A stretch of 64,000 nt of DNA from Octopus vulgaris (taxonomy: Eukaryota): the NCBI GenBank assembly GCA_951406725.2, contig OX597815.1:89962001-90026000 (forward strand), read 5' to 3'. The notes beneath the pieces were generated by a model, which saw nothing but the letters and a program-made list of their open reading frames with translations, searched no databases and had not been told where the DNA came from. This document shows positions 1 through 14,414 of this stretch, piece by piece (within the stretch, counting starts at the first letter, position 1; each line of letters starts with the position of its first letter). A program made the position numbers and the translations under genes.

Positions 1-449
1 CAAGGTTGAGCTTAAGATATAAAGAACCAGACATATTTTTTATTCTATTTGATATTACAATTGTTATCGTAATTCTCATTATTATTACAACGAAATATGT
101 AAATATTAAATGGAATCTTCTTGCAAAATATTTTTTTAAAATCAATGCACTAGGCAAAAAAATAAAATTCTTGTAATTTCGGTTATGCATTCATGTTTAA
201 TAAATACAGTGTAAGAATGATGCATTATTGTGTGCTAAAACTATTATTGTGATTTCATGGAAAGTACATGTGTGTAACCTTATCCTCACAGTAGTGGTTT
301 CATATCCTTCAGCTAATTAAAAATGGCATGATTGACGCATAACTTAACGGCTATAAGGTGTTAAATTCTACAATTAGATCGACGTAATTCATTTAATTTT
401 CACCTCGCTTCCGCAAACTATTCGGTATTGTTATATCGATAAGTTACAC

Positions 450-1720
450 GCTGTTATCATCATTCTTTCTGGGAATATTTTCAAGTTAATCGTGTGCTAA
501 TAATCATCTGATCGCCATGATACTATATAATATTTTCGTATTTTCTTTTTTTATTTATGTTCTAAGTCATGCGAAGTTTTAATACAAAAGAGTGTTTGTT
601 CGAAATATTAACCAAGTAAATGCGTCTTCAGGTTTTAATTGGTTCGAAAACATAACTCTTTTCTTAGATGAATCTTATTGCTGAGAGTATAATGACTTAG
701 CTATGTTTTTCTGACCACCATGAAATTTATATAAAAGGTGTTCTTGGGACCTAAAAAAGTAGTTGGTGGCATGACATTTTCCTTGTAATGTTTCCTGAAA
801 CTCAGGAATCACCTCTCTTTGATGTATAGGTTTGTGGCAAACTTATTGTGTAATATGTAATGCTTCTATATACGTATCAGGTATTAGTTGATTGTATTTA
901 CTTTTTAACGCGCCATTAAACTAGCAAAGAGCTATGCTTTGAAACTGACGCAAATAAATTTCTTTTGCCATTGCGATGAGTTCTTAAAATTGTCTTGAAT
1001 TTGACAAAATAGTCATCATTTTGTTCTGATACCTTTCGCATTTGTGATCAAGTATATATTGAATTATTTGAGTGTATTCTCTCTTCATAGAGTACAAACT
1101 CATATTTTCTTTTTAACGTCTTATGTTTAACTATTTACATTTCTTTATTGCAAACAACATTTTAATATTTTGCTAAATTGTTTGACAATGCTAAAGATAT
1201 ATTCTTAAACTTTGATGGTTTACAGCATATAGTTTTAAACCATCCCTGAAAAGGATTTGGCAGCTGATCATAGTCTCGCTCTCGTCTTAGTATTCCATAT
1301 CGACATTTTTAACCAGCAGAAAGGTAATAAATAAGCATAGAAATAAATAAAGAGAAAAGGTTTTGATATGTTAAACTATATAGTTTTGTGTGACTGGAGA
1401 TTACAGTTGTAACGGTGTTACTGACGTTTTTTCACTTTTGTTTTAAAGATTTTCATCGCGGTTTCTTTCAATTGACATACTTCGTACGTATTGACGAGAT
1501 TATTAACAGGATCCGCCAGTAACTTATTACACATCTAATAGCTCATCGTGTGTTCTTGCAAAATATTTTAAACAAACAATTTCTGATGCCTTTTGTAACT
1601 TCTGAGCTACATCATGATTGTTCAAATGCTGTGTTTGTTGTTATGAAAAATAATACGCCCCGCCCCAAATACTTGAACTTGTTTATCTATTGACTATAAT
1701 TTCCCACGTGAGGATATGCT
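450..1720 (-). mobile_element. Highly decayed RTE-type LINE reverse transcriptase fragments
   Basis: Manual minus-strand translation with stops and frameshifts gives INKFKYLG, NHDVAQKLQKAS (cf. DEVAHRIAKAS), YGILRR..FRDGLK (cf. LYGEL..FKDGLK) and SKRGDS*VSGN (cf. KKGDRS.CGNYRGI). Confidence 0.5.
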
Positions 1721-2624
1721 TATTCTCAAGAACAATACATTATAAACCTAAATAATGAACATAGTGTTGCATAATATAAGATAATTATTAACATTAAAGA
1801 CAAAAAAGTGCATTACTGACTAAGGAACCGAGATTTTGTCTCTGATATTATCAAATACCTTAATAGAAAAAAAGCAATTTGGTTATACATTGTAGTTAAG
1901 GACTGGATCATATGCTTCTGAGTTAATGTAATTGGAAAATAGAAATGGGAAGATGTACCGAAAACACCGTTTGTATCGTTTTTGGATCTTTGATAAATAT
2001 TGGAAAATTAAGAGAGTTAACTGTAAAGATACAAATTATTTGAACATGATTCTATATTTAGAAATTAAGGTATGAGAAATTCATATTTTCAAATCAGTAC
2101 TATAAGTGGGAGTGCATATATAAAATTTAAAGTAAAGATATATAACCTTTTCAAAAAATGTTATAAATTTTTTTTTTTTCAAATTGATGCACTAGCGAGT
2201 ATTTATTCATATATATTACTACTATAAATCATAGAACATTAATATATTATTATCGTCGATTAAAAAATAAAGAATACCAATATGCTAGGGAAACTAACTC
2301 TAACGAGCCGGTTTACATTTTCTAAGTTTAGAAAGGATGATTGCAACCCTTATATTTGTTGGGAAACAGGAAATTGAACGACGAGGTAATTTGCCAATAG
2401 TAGTATGTAGAGCGCAGAAAATTGGACTACAAAATGGGAATAATTATGTATATAATAATACTATGTTATTGATTTAGGAGGTCTATTATAGAGGTTCATT
2501 TACCATTATTTTGAGGTGCATGACGAACAGAAGACTATAACAATTTGACAGGTGTTATGCTATCAACGAGATTCTAGAAGTATTCATTATTGTCGTTTTC
2601 GTTATGGCTATTATTATCTTTAAA

Positions 2625-2800
<176 letters not shown>

Positions 2801-2998
2801 AAAGGAAGATAAATGGATAGGAGTATATTACTATCATCAGATAAGAATAATGATTCTTCACTACTGCCTATGTGTAAGAAATTCAGAACGAAAAGTGGAA
2901 CTCAGCTAGTAGGAAATTTATTCTTTTTTTCTTTAAGTTAGATCTCAATTCTTAAAGTATTATATTTAAACACATACAGACACACACAAGCATACATA

Positions 2999-3034
<36 letters not shown>

Positions 3035-3069
3035 ATAACACACATATACATATATTTATACACATACTA

Positions 3070-3355
3070 ACATAGAGAACTCACAGGAATAGTCCCACGC
3101 GAAATTGTGATAAGGCTATGGTTCACGACAAAAACTGTGGAGCCTGTGGATAGGTGTGCCTCTCAGTTGGAGGATTAAAAAAGGCACATCAAAAGAGTTT
3201 ATACTGCGGCACCTATTCCTTCTGCATGCCAGGACGGGTATGCATTAAGTAATAGAATGTGCAAATCTTTGGCCGGGTTCAGGAGGCATATAAGTGCCTC
3301 ACATTGCACCAACAATGATTCCTTTCAGTGATTCTTTCTAACAATGGCTTTGCTA
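3070..3355 (+). mobile_element. RTE LINE 3' end relic
   Basis: Translation ends ...KRHIKRVY...RMCKSLAGFRRH, resembling the C-terminal C..CKS.AG...H zinc-finger-like motif of RTE ORF2; bounded by CA/TA repeats. Confidence 0.45.
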
Positions 3356-3357
3356 AG

Positions 3358-3419
<62 letters not shown>

Positions 3420-3491
3420 TCATACATATATTCATACTTAACATATACATATATGCATATACACACGCGCACTTACATACATATATATGTG

Positions 3492-3536
<45 letters not shown>

Positions 3537-3777
3537 GTATCTTGATGTCTGTGTCTGTCTGTATGTATGTATGTACGTGTATACGCATACACACACACTA
3601 GACAATCGTTGTGTTACTGGACAATACTGCCGAATTATCATAAAATCTAAATGCTCTAACGTCTCCAAAATCGTCGTGCCATATCTCATGGCATTTTGTG
3701 AAGATACTTTGTTACAACTACAATCTGTATAAATATATTTACTAATTATGACAAGTTATACTTTTAACATATACGTA

Positions 3778-3801
3778 AATAATAATAATAACAACAACAA
3801 C

Positions 3802-3870
<69 letters not shown>
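3778..3870. repeat. (AAT)n microsatellite, probably the 3' tail of the adjacent CR1
   Basis: Directly visible; abuts the 3' UTR of the minus-strand CR1. Confidence 0.95.
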
Positions 3871-3872
<2 letters not shown>

Positions 3873-4345
3873 AAATATTCTATACGGTGCTCAGGTGCAC
3901 CACAACTTGTCAAAAGTGCGTATAAAACATATGCAGTAATGTACAAATGTCTGGGAAGTGAACAGTGTATGAGTCACGTGTGTATGAAGGGGAGAAAATC
4001 AGGTGTATTGTTGGCGAATGTCAGGAAGCATGGCAGTTTTGAAGGATGCAGTGCTCCGACAACTAACAACTGAAGCCGGCTGCTTGTTTCATGCTTCAGC
4101 AACTCTTAGCGTGAAAAAATGTTTCCGAAAGTCATGGGAGCTGTGCTGTTTTCTGACTTTGTAAACATGTCCATGGGTTTTAGACATGTGGAGTTTGAAA
4201 ATGTGCTCAAAGTTATTGCTAGTAAGATGGTTAATAATTTTATGGGTCTCTACCAAGTCAGCCGCCAGACGTCGGAGTTTCAATGTATCCATGCCTAGGG
4301 TAGTAAGGCGTTCAGAATATAGCAAATACTTGATGGAGGGTATTC
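3871..4345 (-). mobile_element. CR1-type LINE, 5'-truncated (ORF2 C-terminus plus 3' UTR)
   Basis: ORF 4089-4325: YSERLTTLGMDTLKLRRLAADLVETHKII...THGHVYKV...RKHFFTLRVAEA*NK.PASVV, the typical CR1 C-terminus (Y.ERL..L.L..LE.RR...DL; RGH..KL; FF..RV...WN.LP). Confidence 0.85.
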
Positions 4346-4482
4346 TCTTAATTCTTGTTAGTGAGATGGTTAATAATTTTATAAGTTGTTACCTTGAATA
4401 TAATGTTAAAATAAGTAAACTCCACACATCTATAACAGATTTATTTATCTCTCCCTCTTCTCCAAACACACACACACACACA

Positions 4483-4552
<70 letters not shown>

Positions 4553-4858
4553 AATATATATATATATGCGCTATAAATTATTTCAACATAAAAAAAACTA
4601 CTTTTGATTAATTGTTACTGAAATTGTAATTTTACAAAGCCATAGACAATGAGTTATAATTTTAAAAAAATATAATTTCAGATTTCCTTGTATATACGTT
4701 ACTGTTTATTACTACATTCAATTTTAATTCATACTTGCAAATATTCACGTATACCTACTACACATGTTTTCTCTCTCTGTCTCACACACATACTTGCGCA
4801 CATATATTATACTTTTGTATGAAATCTATCAATCTATCTACCTATCTATCTATTTATC

Positions 4859-4889
<31 letters not shown>

Positions 4890-4900
4890 CTATCTATATA

Positions 4901-4977
<77 letters not shown>

Positions 4978-5119
4978 GTATGTGTGTGTGTGTGTGTGTG
5001 TTTGTGCATATGTATGCATGAATGTATGCAAGTATTCGTATTTATGTGTATATTTCTATCTCTATTTTTCTATCTATCTCAATATATTATATATTCATCT
5101 GAATCTAAATTTTGCTGAA

Positions 5120-5159
<40 letters not shown>

Positions 5160-6879
5160 AATATATAGATAGATAGAGAGATTTAGATATAGATTAACAT
5201 ACATAAATATGTATATATATATATATATACAAAACATAAATCCACACACGCAGACACTCATACACACATAGATATAGGCACATGAACATGCATATAAACG
5301 AGTGTCCATAGACACAGGTACATTCGTACATGCGGCAACACACATATCTACTTTTGCTTTCCTATAACATTTTCTTCGCAGGTGTGTACGTGTGTGTGTT
5401 CGTGTTTGTGTGTGTGTTGTATGTGTTGTGTGTGCATTACTTCGATTCTTTCTTTATTTCCTTTCTTTCACAGGCACTTATTTTCTTCCCTCGCAAATCT
5501 TTAGTTTTCTTTTGTCTGTGAATCATTTTATGGGCTTCTGTTTGATTTTCTCTACTTTTCATTTTCTGCTCTTTCTTAATCTTCAAGCCTCTTTCACACC
5601 TTTTCTACTTTTTCTCTGCTTCTAACTTTATACGTCTTTTTCCATCTCTTCGGTTACTCACTTTTCTCTGCGTATTTCTGTATTTCATTCTGCTTACGGA
5701 TAGCTGTATTTATTATATTGCGCAAAAGACATCATACGCATACAGTTTTATCGTTTTTGTTTCTTTCCTATATTCAACATAATAATTTTATTTCTATTAA
5801 ATGATGTGGTAAGATACCCAACAGCATAAAATAGAACCATATTCGCACCAGCCTTTATTATATCTCCTCTTCCTACCCACATTTTCTTGCTTCTTCATTC
5901 TTTACATAAGCCATTAACGAAGGAAAACGTATAAAGAACTGTACTCATACGTGTAATATTGCAACTTTCACTTTAATGATCCGAGGTAATTAAGAACTGT
6001 GAATTCCGATGATTATAAGTTTATACATAAGAATATGCCGATATATACATGCATACATTATATATATATATGACATATCTCTATGTATGTATATATATAC
6101 ATACATATATATATGTGTGTGTCTGTGTGTGTACATATGCATTCCTTAAAATTTTCTTTCATCTTTAATAACGTGAAAAGCAAATAGAAACATACATGAA
6201 AAACTGAAATATTTTCAATATTAATATCTATGTTTCTTATTCTTTTCTTAAACAACTAATATTATTTATACATTAAATTGATCAGAGAGTCGTCGATGTT
6301 TTTTTTCTTAACAAATGTTTTGCACAATGTTGGAACTAGTTTCCTAAATACATTAAATCACGCTGGAAAAAAATATTTGGAAATTATAGGCTGGCCTTTT
6401 TCTTTTGCTATTTCGTATATTTATATATCATTTACTTCCAACGGTATTAATAGCAATTATTTCAATCAATATGTGAATTTCCTGCCAAGAACCGTTCTTA
6501 AATCTTTGCCAAAGTAACAAATACTATTCTATAATGATAATTATTAACGGTGAATATGTTTCGTTCGTGTACCAAATCGCATATGTCTGTTTAGATTACA
6601 ACATTTTAAATGATAATAAATATATTGCCTGCCATATATTCTATCATACCACAAAAGAAGTAAGGTATTTCATTATTGTTATGATTTTTTTGCTTTATTT
6701 ACTCTTGAAATAGCCAAGAGTTAGAAATTGTTGATTTGAACAACTTAATAATTTTGCCAACATTTTTTGCGTTGCTATATCTGAATGTTCAACCATTTAT
6801 TAACTTCGGTACTTTACAATTTGAGCTACCGAATAAACGCTATTAATTCAAGTTCTCTGTGGAACATAAAGCCAATTCA

Positions 6880-8150
6880 ATAAAACAAAGAAATATTTCT
6901 TACCTACACTTTGAGAAAGTGTCTATGCAAATATAAACCAATAATGACAGGAAGCTCTGAAACGGTAAGTCAACCCTATACGTTCGAGTGTGGTTGAATT
7001 TCCATAGTACGGACCGAAATGAGTGTAAGTCATTAAATTCCTCGAAAACAGTGTGTCATCTCATTTGACATTAATATCTCAAGAGATCATGCATATATTA
7101 GACAGATATCTGACAATAATTGGTGCAGCCTAATTTTGTGTCGATTTGTCTACTGGGTAATAAATTATAAAATATTACAGCAATGTCTGATGATATTGGA
7201 AAACGAATAATATAATTTTGTAATATTGTTTACATTCCAATTTCACAGTTTCTGTCATTTACTAATACATAAAGTTTGAAATATTCAAAGCTATTATGTA
7301 GTTGATGATATCAACCTGATATAGAGTGACTTGTTTTTCATAAACTTATCCCCTAAAAATAATGCTGGGGGTTCAGTTGACGAAATATAAATTGCTAATG
7401 AGATATCGTTTAGAAAATATCACGAGGGAACTTTAAATAAAATTATGAAAATCAGGTTTGACAAGAATTCTTAGATAATCTAATAGTAAATACCCATGCT
7501 TTTGCCTCCAAATATAACAATATCATTAAGATTGCGAGTAAAGTTAATAGTCGATGAAACCATTTTTCCTTGCAAGGGATACGATATTACGTGTCATCAA
7601 AAAGGAAATTTTATATCTTGAAACGGCTGCAACTAAATTTTCTCCCTTTCACTAAAACATGCCAAACATGACTATAAGGAACTTTAGTGTTAACAATTTT
7701 TCTTTTACCTTCTAAATTACACTTATATTTAGAAAAGACGTACATATTTCTAATAATTTACTTTCGGTTCATACCTTATACAGAAATTAACTTACAATAG
7801 CAGGTTCGCTGCTCTGGTTTCATTCGCATTGTTTTAATGCTCATAATTAAAATATAACAAAACAATGTTAAGCAACACCCTCAATATTTCAAATGGGAGT
7901 TTTAGCCATATCCCCTTCATCTACAAGTATGTTCATATATTCCAAGTAGTTGCTTTCGATTATATAAACTGAGCTTTGTCGGTGATACAACGTTATCTCT
8001 AATGCTAGATGTAAATCTGTATTAAAATACTTATAATAGTTTTCACAAGAATGGGCATTGTTGCTACATCACAGACACTTCAATTTGTTATTCCTTTATT
8101 TGTATTTTCATAACATCTTTTGTTTCGTTTCATCTGGTAAGATTCAATTC
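6880..8150 (-). mobile_element. Decayed Helitron-type Pif1 helicase relic
   Basis: Minus-strand fragments in collinear Pif1 order: MKPEQRTCYCKLISV (cf. LNPEQR.AYD.I), KFLIVMFGMF**KGENLVAAVS (cf. GKTFL.....R..G...AVASSG), IFGGKSM (cf. PFGGK.V) and TLERIGL (cf. QGQTLERVGL). Confidence 0.5.
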
Positions 8151-8264
8151 TCTCAAAATGTTCAACTAATATATTTCATTTCTTCTCACTATTCCGTTAT
8201 ATGTTCATACATACACACTTACAAACGTGTAAAGGCATCTAGTCGAAAATATCTAAGAACTCCC

Positions 8265-8306
<42 letters not shown>

Positions 8307-8365
8307 TTTACTTACATACACATATGTGTATATATACATATATGCACATATACTTACACACACAC

Positions 8366-8411
<46 letters not shown>

Positions 8412-9849
8412 CATGTGTTTTGTTGCAAATCAACAATTGCTACATTCTAATAATTTCGCCATTGATTGTTAAATGGAGAAAATAATAAAACAAATGTCTA
8501 AATTGGTTTCCTCTTCAAAACAATACTCATACGTGGTTGACGTGGTTACATTTAATATAGTGTTTCTAATGTGCTTACAATAGCTTATGGCCTCAGGTAC
8601 AAATATTTACTGATTTGCTTTATGCTACAATGTCTTGCGATAATTGTTGCTGTTCCCAGTCGTTAGAGCCACGTTCTTTCACTTTATTGTGTTTTATGTT
8701 GATATTTGTTGCCTTTAACGCACTTTCCGATAAATAATTGTAGTGAAAATTTCATTGACTTAAACTTTAGATTATCTGCGTTTGATTTCGTTTGTTTGTT
8801 TAAATTTATGACATAAATTTTAAACTATATTCAAACACAGATCCTGCACTAGTCTCAGACTTCAAACGTTGAAAATTACGTTATATAGTATAATAGACCT
8901 ACGTTTCACACAACTATAAAATAAGATTAGCAAACTGTATTGTACACAGTGGTTGTGTATCGGAGCAGATGACGATGTTGCAAATACATCATTAAACACA
9001 TACAATATGAAGTTCAGAAGAAAGTGCAGACAGGTGTGCATTATTTATAGCGAAATATTCAATTTATCACTATATATATGTTGCCTTCCTGACTTTGATG
9101 TTTTAAGTATAATGAGTAATTTTTTTTAATATTTAGTGATTCTATCCAATACTAACCATTCTGTTTCCGATTTTGAAGGTATACTTCCCATCTTCCGCAA
9201 ATTTAACCAAGTAACTGCAGATTTAAGCCCTACTCTTGAACATGCTTTGATGTTATATTGGCGGTCGATAACCTGTATCGTTTTTGTTCAAATCTAAACA
9301 TAAAACAAAAAGAAAGTGCTGCCTATATTTATTTCTATGTCATTATGACTGTTGCCAGGCTTTAGGAAATATGGCTAGTATTAAATATTTAATGAATAGA
9401 CTATTAGTTCTTGAAAGTTCTTATAGGCAGATATAATTTACTTAGATTCAATCCAGTTATAATGAGGAATCTCTACACAATATATATAGCCTGTGATAAT
9501 AGTAATGCAGTATATATATGGAAGTTACTTTCTGTGGATTATATCAGCACATTTCAAAAGGGAGGTTGCATATTTTCCTTTTATGTACATCATTATATAC
9601 ATTACATTAAGGAATACATATGTTCTAGTATGATAATCTGAGATCAACCCACGCTTGTAATTACCTATTACGCGCGTGTGTGAATATGTGTGTATGTGTA
9701 CTTGAATGTCCGTGTATAAATACAGACATAGATACATACATACATACACACATACATACATAGATACAAACAAACATACAAACATACATACAAACATACA
9801 TACATACATACATACATACATACATACATACATACATACTTACGTACAT

Positions 9850-12205
9850 ACTAGATGGCCCCGTCCACATCAGACGTGAAGGCCTAGAGGACCGTTTACA
9901 TTTTTTTAACGCTTTCTTCTACATTTATGCCAACTCCTCCAGCCTAAATCAACAACTGCTTTATTTCTTCCATTATAAATAAACACCTTTTACTTACCAA
10001 CGTAGCGTTATTCAGACTGGAATTTCGCTCATACGATCATGGTTGAAATTCAAAACAACACCATCAACGAAAATAGCACTACAAACCCAGTAAGATAGCT
10101 GAGGAAACGTAAGTACACCTCCCATTTAACTTGGACTCTTAGCTAAGATCTTGTTCAATACTATGCAAAAGTCCGTGAAGACCCACTTTTTGGATATATG
10201 AAGCGGTTAAAAAAATACTGGGTCGAATCTCACCCCAACTCAAGCACTTTTGTTCCGAAACACCTTCGGTAACAAGTATCTTTTTAAAAAAGAACATAGC
10301 TTGCTCTTGTGATGTAAATCGATCTTCTCAAAATGCTGAGAAATACCCCAAACCTAGCAGAAGACAGATCAGAAATAATGTAAATAAGCCACTGCCGCCA
10401 TCACTAAATTCTCGTGTCTCTCCAAATGTAGTTGAGACTAGAGAGACAACTGTGGAATATATTCAACTTAGAAACATCTCGAAACCACAGTTCGTAGAAA
10501 ACGTTTCTAGTTTTTCGAAATTGCCGTTAAGTAACAGACCATTCTTAAAAAGATGAAGAAAAAATTCTAACAGCTCTATGGTGACTTCACACCAAACTCT
10601 TGGGGGAAGGTTAATTATTCTAAAGCACGAACCAAGGGTGCTGAGCTAAAATCTTCGCTACCGCAGGCGAATTTTGGAACGAGCCTGTGTAAATCATAAG
10701 TTTGCTTATAATCCACAGACATTATGCAGAGAGATGAGAAATGATAATATTACCATTAAGAAACCCACTCCTCTCAAGATCTTGAGTCATTCTGCTTGAA
10801 AGATGGGAGCAAAAAAGAGGGATCTCAACTGCAATGCATCGTGGTTAAAAGCATTAAGGAGAGAATATTCTATCAATAGCAACAGTAAAATATATGTAAC
10901 TGACCTGGAAACTTTCACCATACCTGTAGGCAAACTGCATAATGGGAAGGTTCCAGGAAAGGACCTAATATTTGGGCACAGATATAAGAGGCTGACACTT
11001 TAATGGAAATATAAATATGTATATTCTGAAACAATATGGTAAGTCAGATTGACCTACCAAATTGGTTTGCTATAACACAGACAATTATTGTGGCCAAGAC
11101 TGAAATAACCGAGTTGGCTGAAAACTCTAGGTCCATTGCTTGCTAAATATTATGTACAAACTGCACTCAGGCTGCCTCAACCAATTCCTCCAGGATCATT
11201 GAGAGATCAACAACATATTGACTGATGAGCAGGACTACAGAAAGAAGGGAAGATGTACCGAACACTCTTGGTTACTGAATATCTCCATTTGGCAAAAGTG
11301 CCTGCTTTCTTAATTGCAGCCATTGAGAGAGAGAGAGAGAGGCTCAGAATAACCAGGACAACAATTCTTACACTTAGAACTGAGAGCAGAATGATCGTCT
11401 CCAATTTAAACGAGTATATAATTCTATTCATTTTGATATTAAATTCTTTTACATTCCTGCTACAAAAATCAAATGTCTAATGCTAGATTCTGCAACTGCT
11501 ACAAATATTAATGTAGCCCATAATATTTTTGTGGATGACTCCACAATTGAAGCGGAAAATGTTAACAATGCCAAAAAACAAAACGAAGGAAAAACGTAAC
11601 AGCTGGAATTAATAACATCTTTAGCTGATACAGGAGCAGAATTTGGTCAAAGGAAATATTCATATTTAATTGTTGAATAGAGGAAATCAGCGCCCCTGAT
11701 ACAAAACCCGTGCACCAATAGTCTCGATTTCTCCCCTGTCCCACACAGACAATGCTAAAATTACTTGAGCATTTATGTAAACGTTTCATACGAAGATACT
11801 GTGAAAAAAGATAGAGTCAACCGAGAATATTATGGCAGACTTAGAAAAATATGGCAGTCGGATCCCACACTGCATTTGTAGTATCAGTGCTGATTCCGAC
11901 ATTTGGGATACTCGACTGGACCGTAGAAGAATTTCATTCCATAGACGTTAAGACCCGCAAGATAGTGACTTCAGCTGCAAATCTCCACATGAATAGTGAT
12001 ATCGACAGCCTCTACCTAAGAAGTGATAAAGGAGGCAGAGGTTTGTGATCAGTGTAGACAAACTTTGAACGTCGTGTTGTCTCTCTCAGGCAGCACTTTC
12101 CTAATAACAGCCTCAAAAATAAATACATTAACTTAATGCTGAAACGCGAAGACCACAATGTCCTGCGTGTTGGCATTGAGCTCCTACGGAAACACAGCCA
12201 CGCAG
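9850..12205 (+). mobile_element. R4/Dong-clade (RLE) non-LTR retrotransposon, decayed RT region
   Basis: KLHNGKVPGKDLIFGHRYKRL; TIIVAKTEITELAENSRSIAC*NIMYKL (cf. NYRPIACL..MYK); catalytic-site equivalent FVDD at ~11530; FGILDWTVEEFHSIDVKTRKIV...HMNSDIDSLYLRSDKGGRGL, a hallmark R4/Dong motif. Confidence 0.85.
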
Positions 12206-12344
12206 TACGCATACATAGCTGCGTCTGTGTATGTGAGAGGGCTTGAATGTGGTGTTATAGGCAGGTATGTAAAGGGTAGGAGTAGAACAATATCAAATTG
12301 CATCAAATACTATACAGATTAATACATGTAATAAAAGTAGTGAA

Positions 12345-12592
12345 GTTTCTTCCCGAGTCATAGGCACATAAGGCCGGTTTCCATGGCATATGAATTCCCC
12401 CACCTGGACAGGATATCTATTCGTCGTTAGATTACTAATTTTTAGTAGCTTAGTGGACTGGAGCAATGTGAAATTAAGTTATTTTTTTCTCAAGAATACA
12501 ATTAGATCTAAGAACACATCCGATTCAGGAATCGAAACCAAAACCTTGCGATCGAGACCAACACCCTGACTACTAAGACAGGTGACGTCACC
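12345..12592 (-). mobile_element. tRNA-derived SINE, decayed
   Basis: Minus strand has a tRNA-like head (cttagtagtcagggtg ... ggtttcgattcctg, B box) and a TTGAG....TTTCACATTGCTCCAGTCCACT core shared with the copy at 15420. Confidence 0.7.
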
Positions 12593-12649
12593 TCAAGTAA
12601 ATATGTTCTATCTCAATACACATCCATGCAAAGCTACTCACGCGTGCAC

Positions 12650-12900
12650 GTTAGTTAGTTAGTTAGTTAGTTAATTTGGCTCAAAAGCAAATAGCAAGGC
12701 CATGTAGGGGGACATGGGGTTAAGTACAGGGTGGTGTTCATGTAAAGAGTTCAGGCCACTTGAGGTCCAGGAGGCTTTGAACAAAGCGGTCGTCGGCATC
12801 TTCACCATCTCGTCTGGCAGCTTGTTCCACGGATCCGCAACCCGGACGGAGAAAGCTCCTCTCCTTCGATTGAGAGGTATACACAGGTACAGATATGGTA
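12650..12900 (-). mobile_element. CR1-type LINE 3' end with (TAAC)n tail
   Basis: Minus-strand frame RRGAFSVRVADPWNKLPDEMVKMPTTALFKAS; tail reads gttagttagttag on the plus strand. Confidence 0.8.
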
Positions 12901-13353
12901 GAAGTGGAATGACGACAGGTTCTCAAGGAAGTCCATGCAAATAAATACATAGAGCTATAAACAATTCCAATACACTCGCATTCACACACACATACGCACA
13001 CGTAAGCAAGCACGCACGGAAAGCAAGAACACACAACCAAACATACATATCTACACACATACACACAACGCATGCACAGGTACACACTCACACAGACATG
13101 TACAGGTAAACGCCCACACAAGCGCTCGCGCACGTACTTATGAACACATACACACACAAGAACGCCCTATACGCAAGCACACACGTAGACGCTTACCTAT
13201 TAAAAAAATCGCCACATTGCACGCACACGCAGATACGTACGCACATACACATGCTCACATGAGCAAACACACATTCACCACGGAACCATTTCAACGACAC
13301 GAACACGTACACGAGACCATACATTCGCGTACACCCACCCACGCACACATACA

Positions 13354-13414
13354 CATCGCCCATGCGGATGCCCGCAAACACACGCATCGCCCATGCGGAT
13401 GCCCGCAAACACAC
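13354..13414. repeat. 31-bp tandem duplication
   Basis: catcgcccatgcggatgcccgcaaacacac occurs at 13354 and 13385. Confidence 0.9.
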
Positions 13415-13824
13415 ATACTATATTATCCCCCCCTCTTTCCCTTCCCAACGTAGAGAACTCCACACGGAACTCATAAATCTTTCCAGGATGACGAGTGAAT
13501 TCCAACACATCTGAGACCGAACTGACCTTGAACAAAAGAGCTAAGCCTTGAAGAGATGACGGGTGGCTAGTGCACACTCACCTACAAACTCACAAACACA
13601 CATACATGCTGCCAGGCGGATGTACACATACAAACACACAGACGTGCTTCCGCACGCACACATGCATACACTCACGCATACAAATTATTCGTTTTGCTCT
13701 CACCCTTACCTCTAGTTCCAAGCAAACACACATCTACATACCCAAATACATAAGCATACGTGTACACAAGCATAAGGACAATTCGTTGACAGATCTGAAG
13801 AGAGAGAGAGAGAGTAAGAGAGAT

Positions 13825-13871
<47 letters not shown>

Positions 13872-14197
13872 AATCACTAACAACGTCGCGAACAGCAATG
13901 AAAGAAATTTGACTAACAAATAATTTATTAATTATTTAACCAGCACATTAAACAAACGACTGGTTATTTAGTTGGTTAGATTTGTTACCAACTGATTAAC
14001 AAAAGAGAAACGATATTGATCTCGTGCGTAAGTTATTATTATTGATGTAATGACACCTCTTATGATACAACAAGGTATCTTTCAATACAAGAATTCACTT
14101 CAAGAATCTTGCAAATCAAATACAAAAACGATTTTTATACGTACATACATACATACATACTTACATACATACATAAATACATACATACACACATACA

Positions 14198-14229
<32 letters not shown>

Positions 14230-14414
14230 AACATACATACATGCATACATGCACACATACATGCATACATACATAAATACATACATAAACGCATACATAC
14301 ATATAAACATATATCCATACATACATGCATGCATACATGCATACATACATACATACATACATGCATACATACATACATACATACATACATACATACATAC
14401 ATACATACATACAT

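Noticed and set aside
580-910. Stop-poor minus frame containing KFHGGQKNI, reminiscent of a bunyavirus L-protein premotif (possible endogenous virus)
   Set aside because: No other RdRp motifs, and an overlapping frame gives the LINE RT motif KRGDS*VSGN.
1400-1650. Minus-strand QLKETAMKIFKTKVKK resembling the atlastin/GBP helical domain
   Set aside because: Preceded by FKYLG and DVAQKLQKAS and followed by RTE C-terminal motifs, with no GTPase motifs nearby; better explained as an RTE RT relic.
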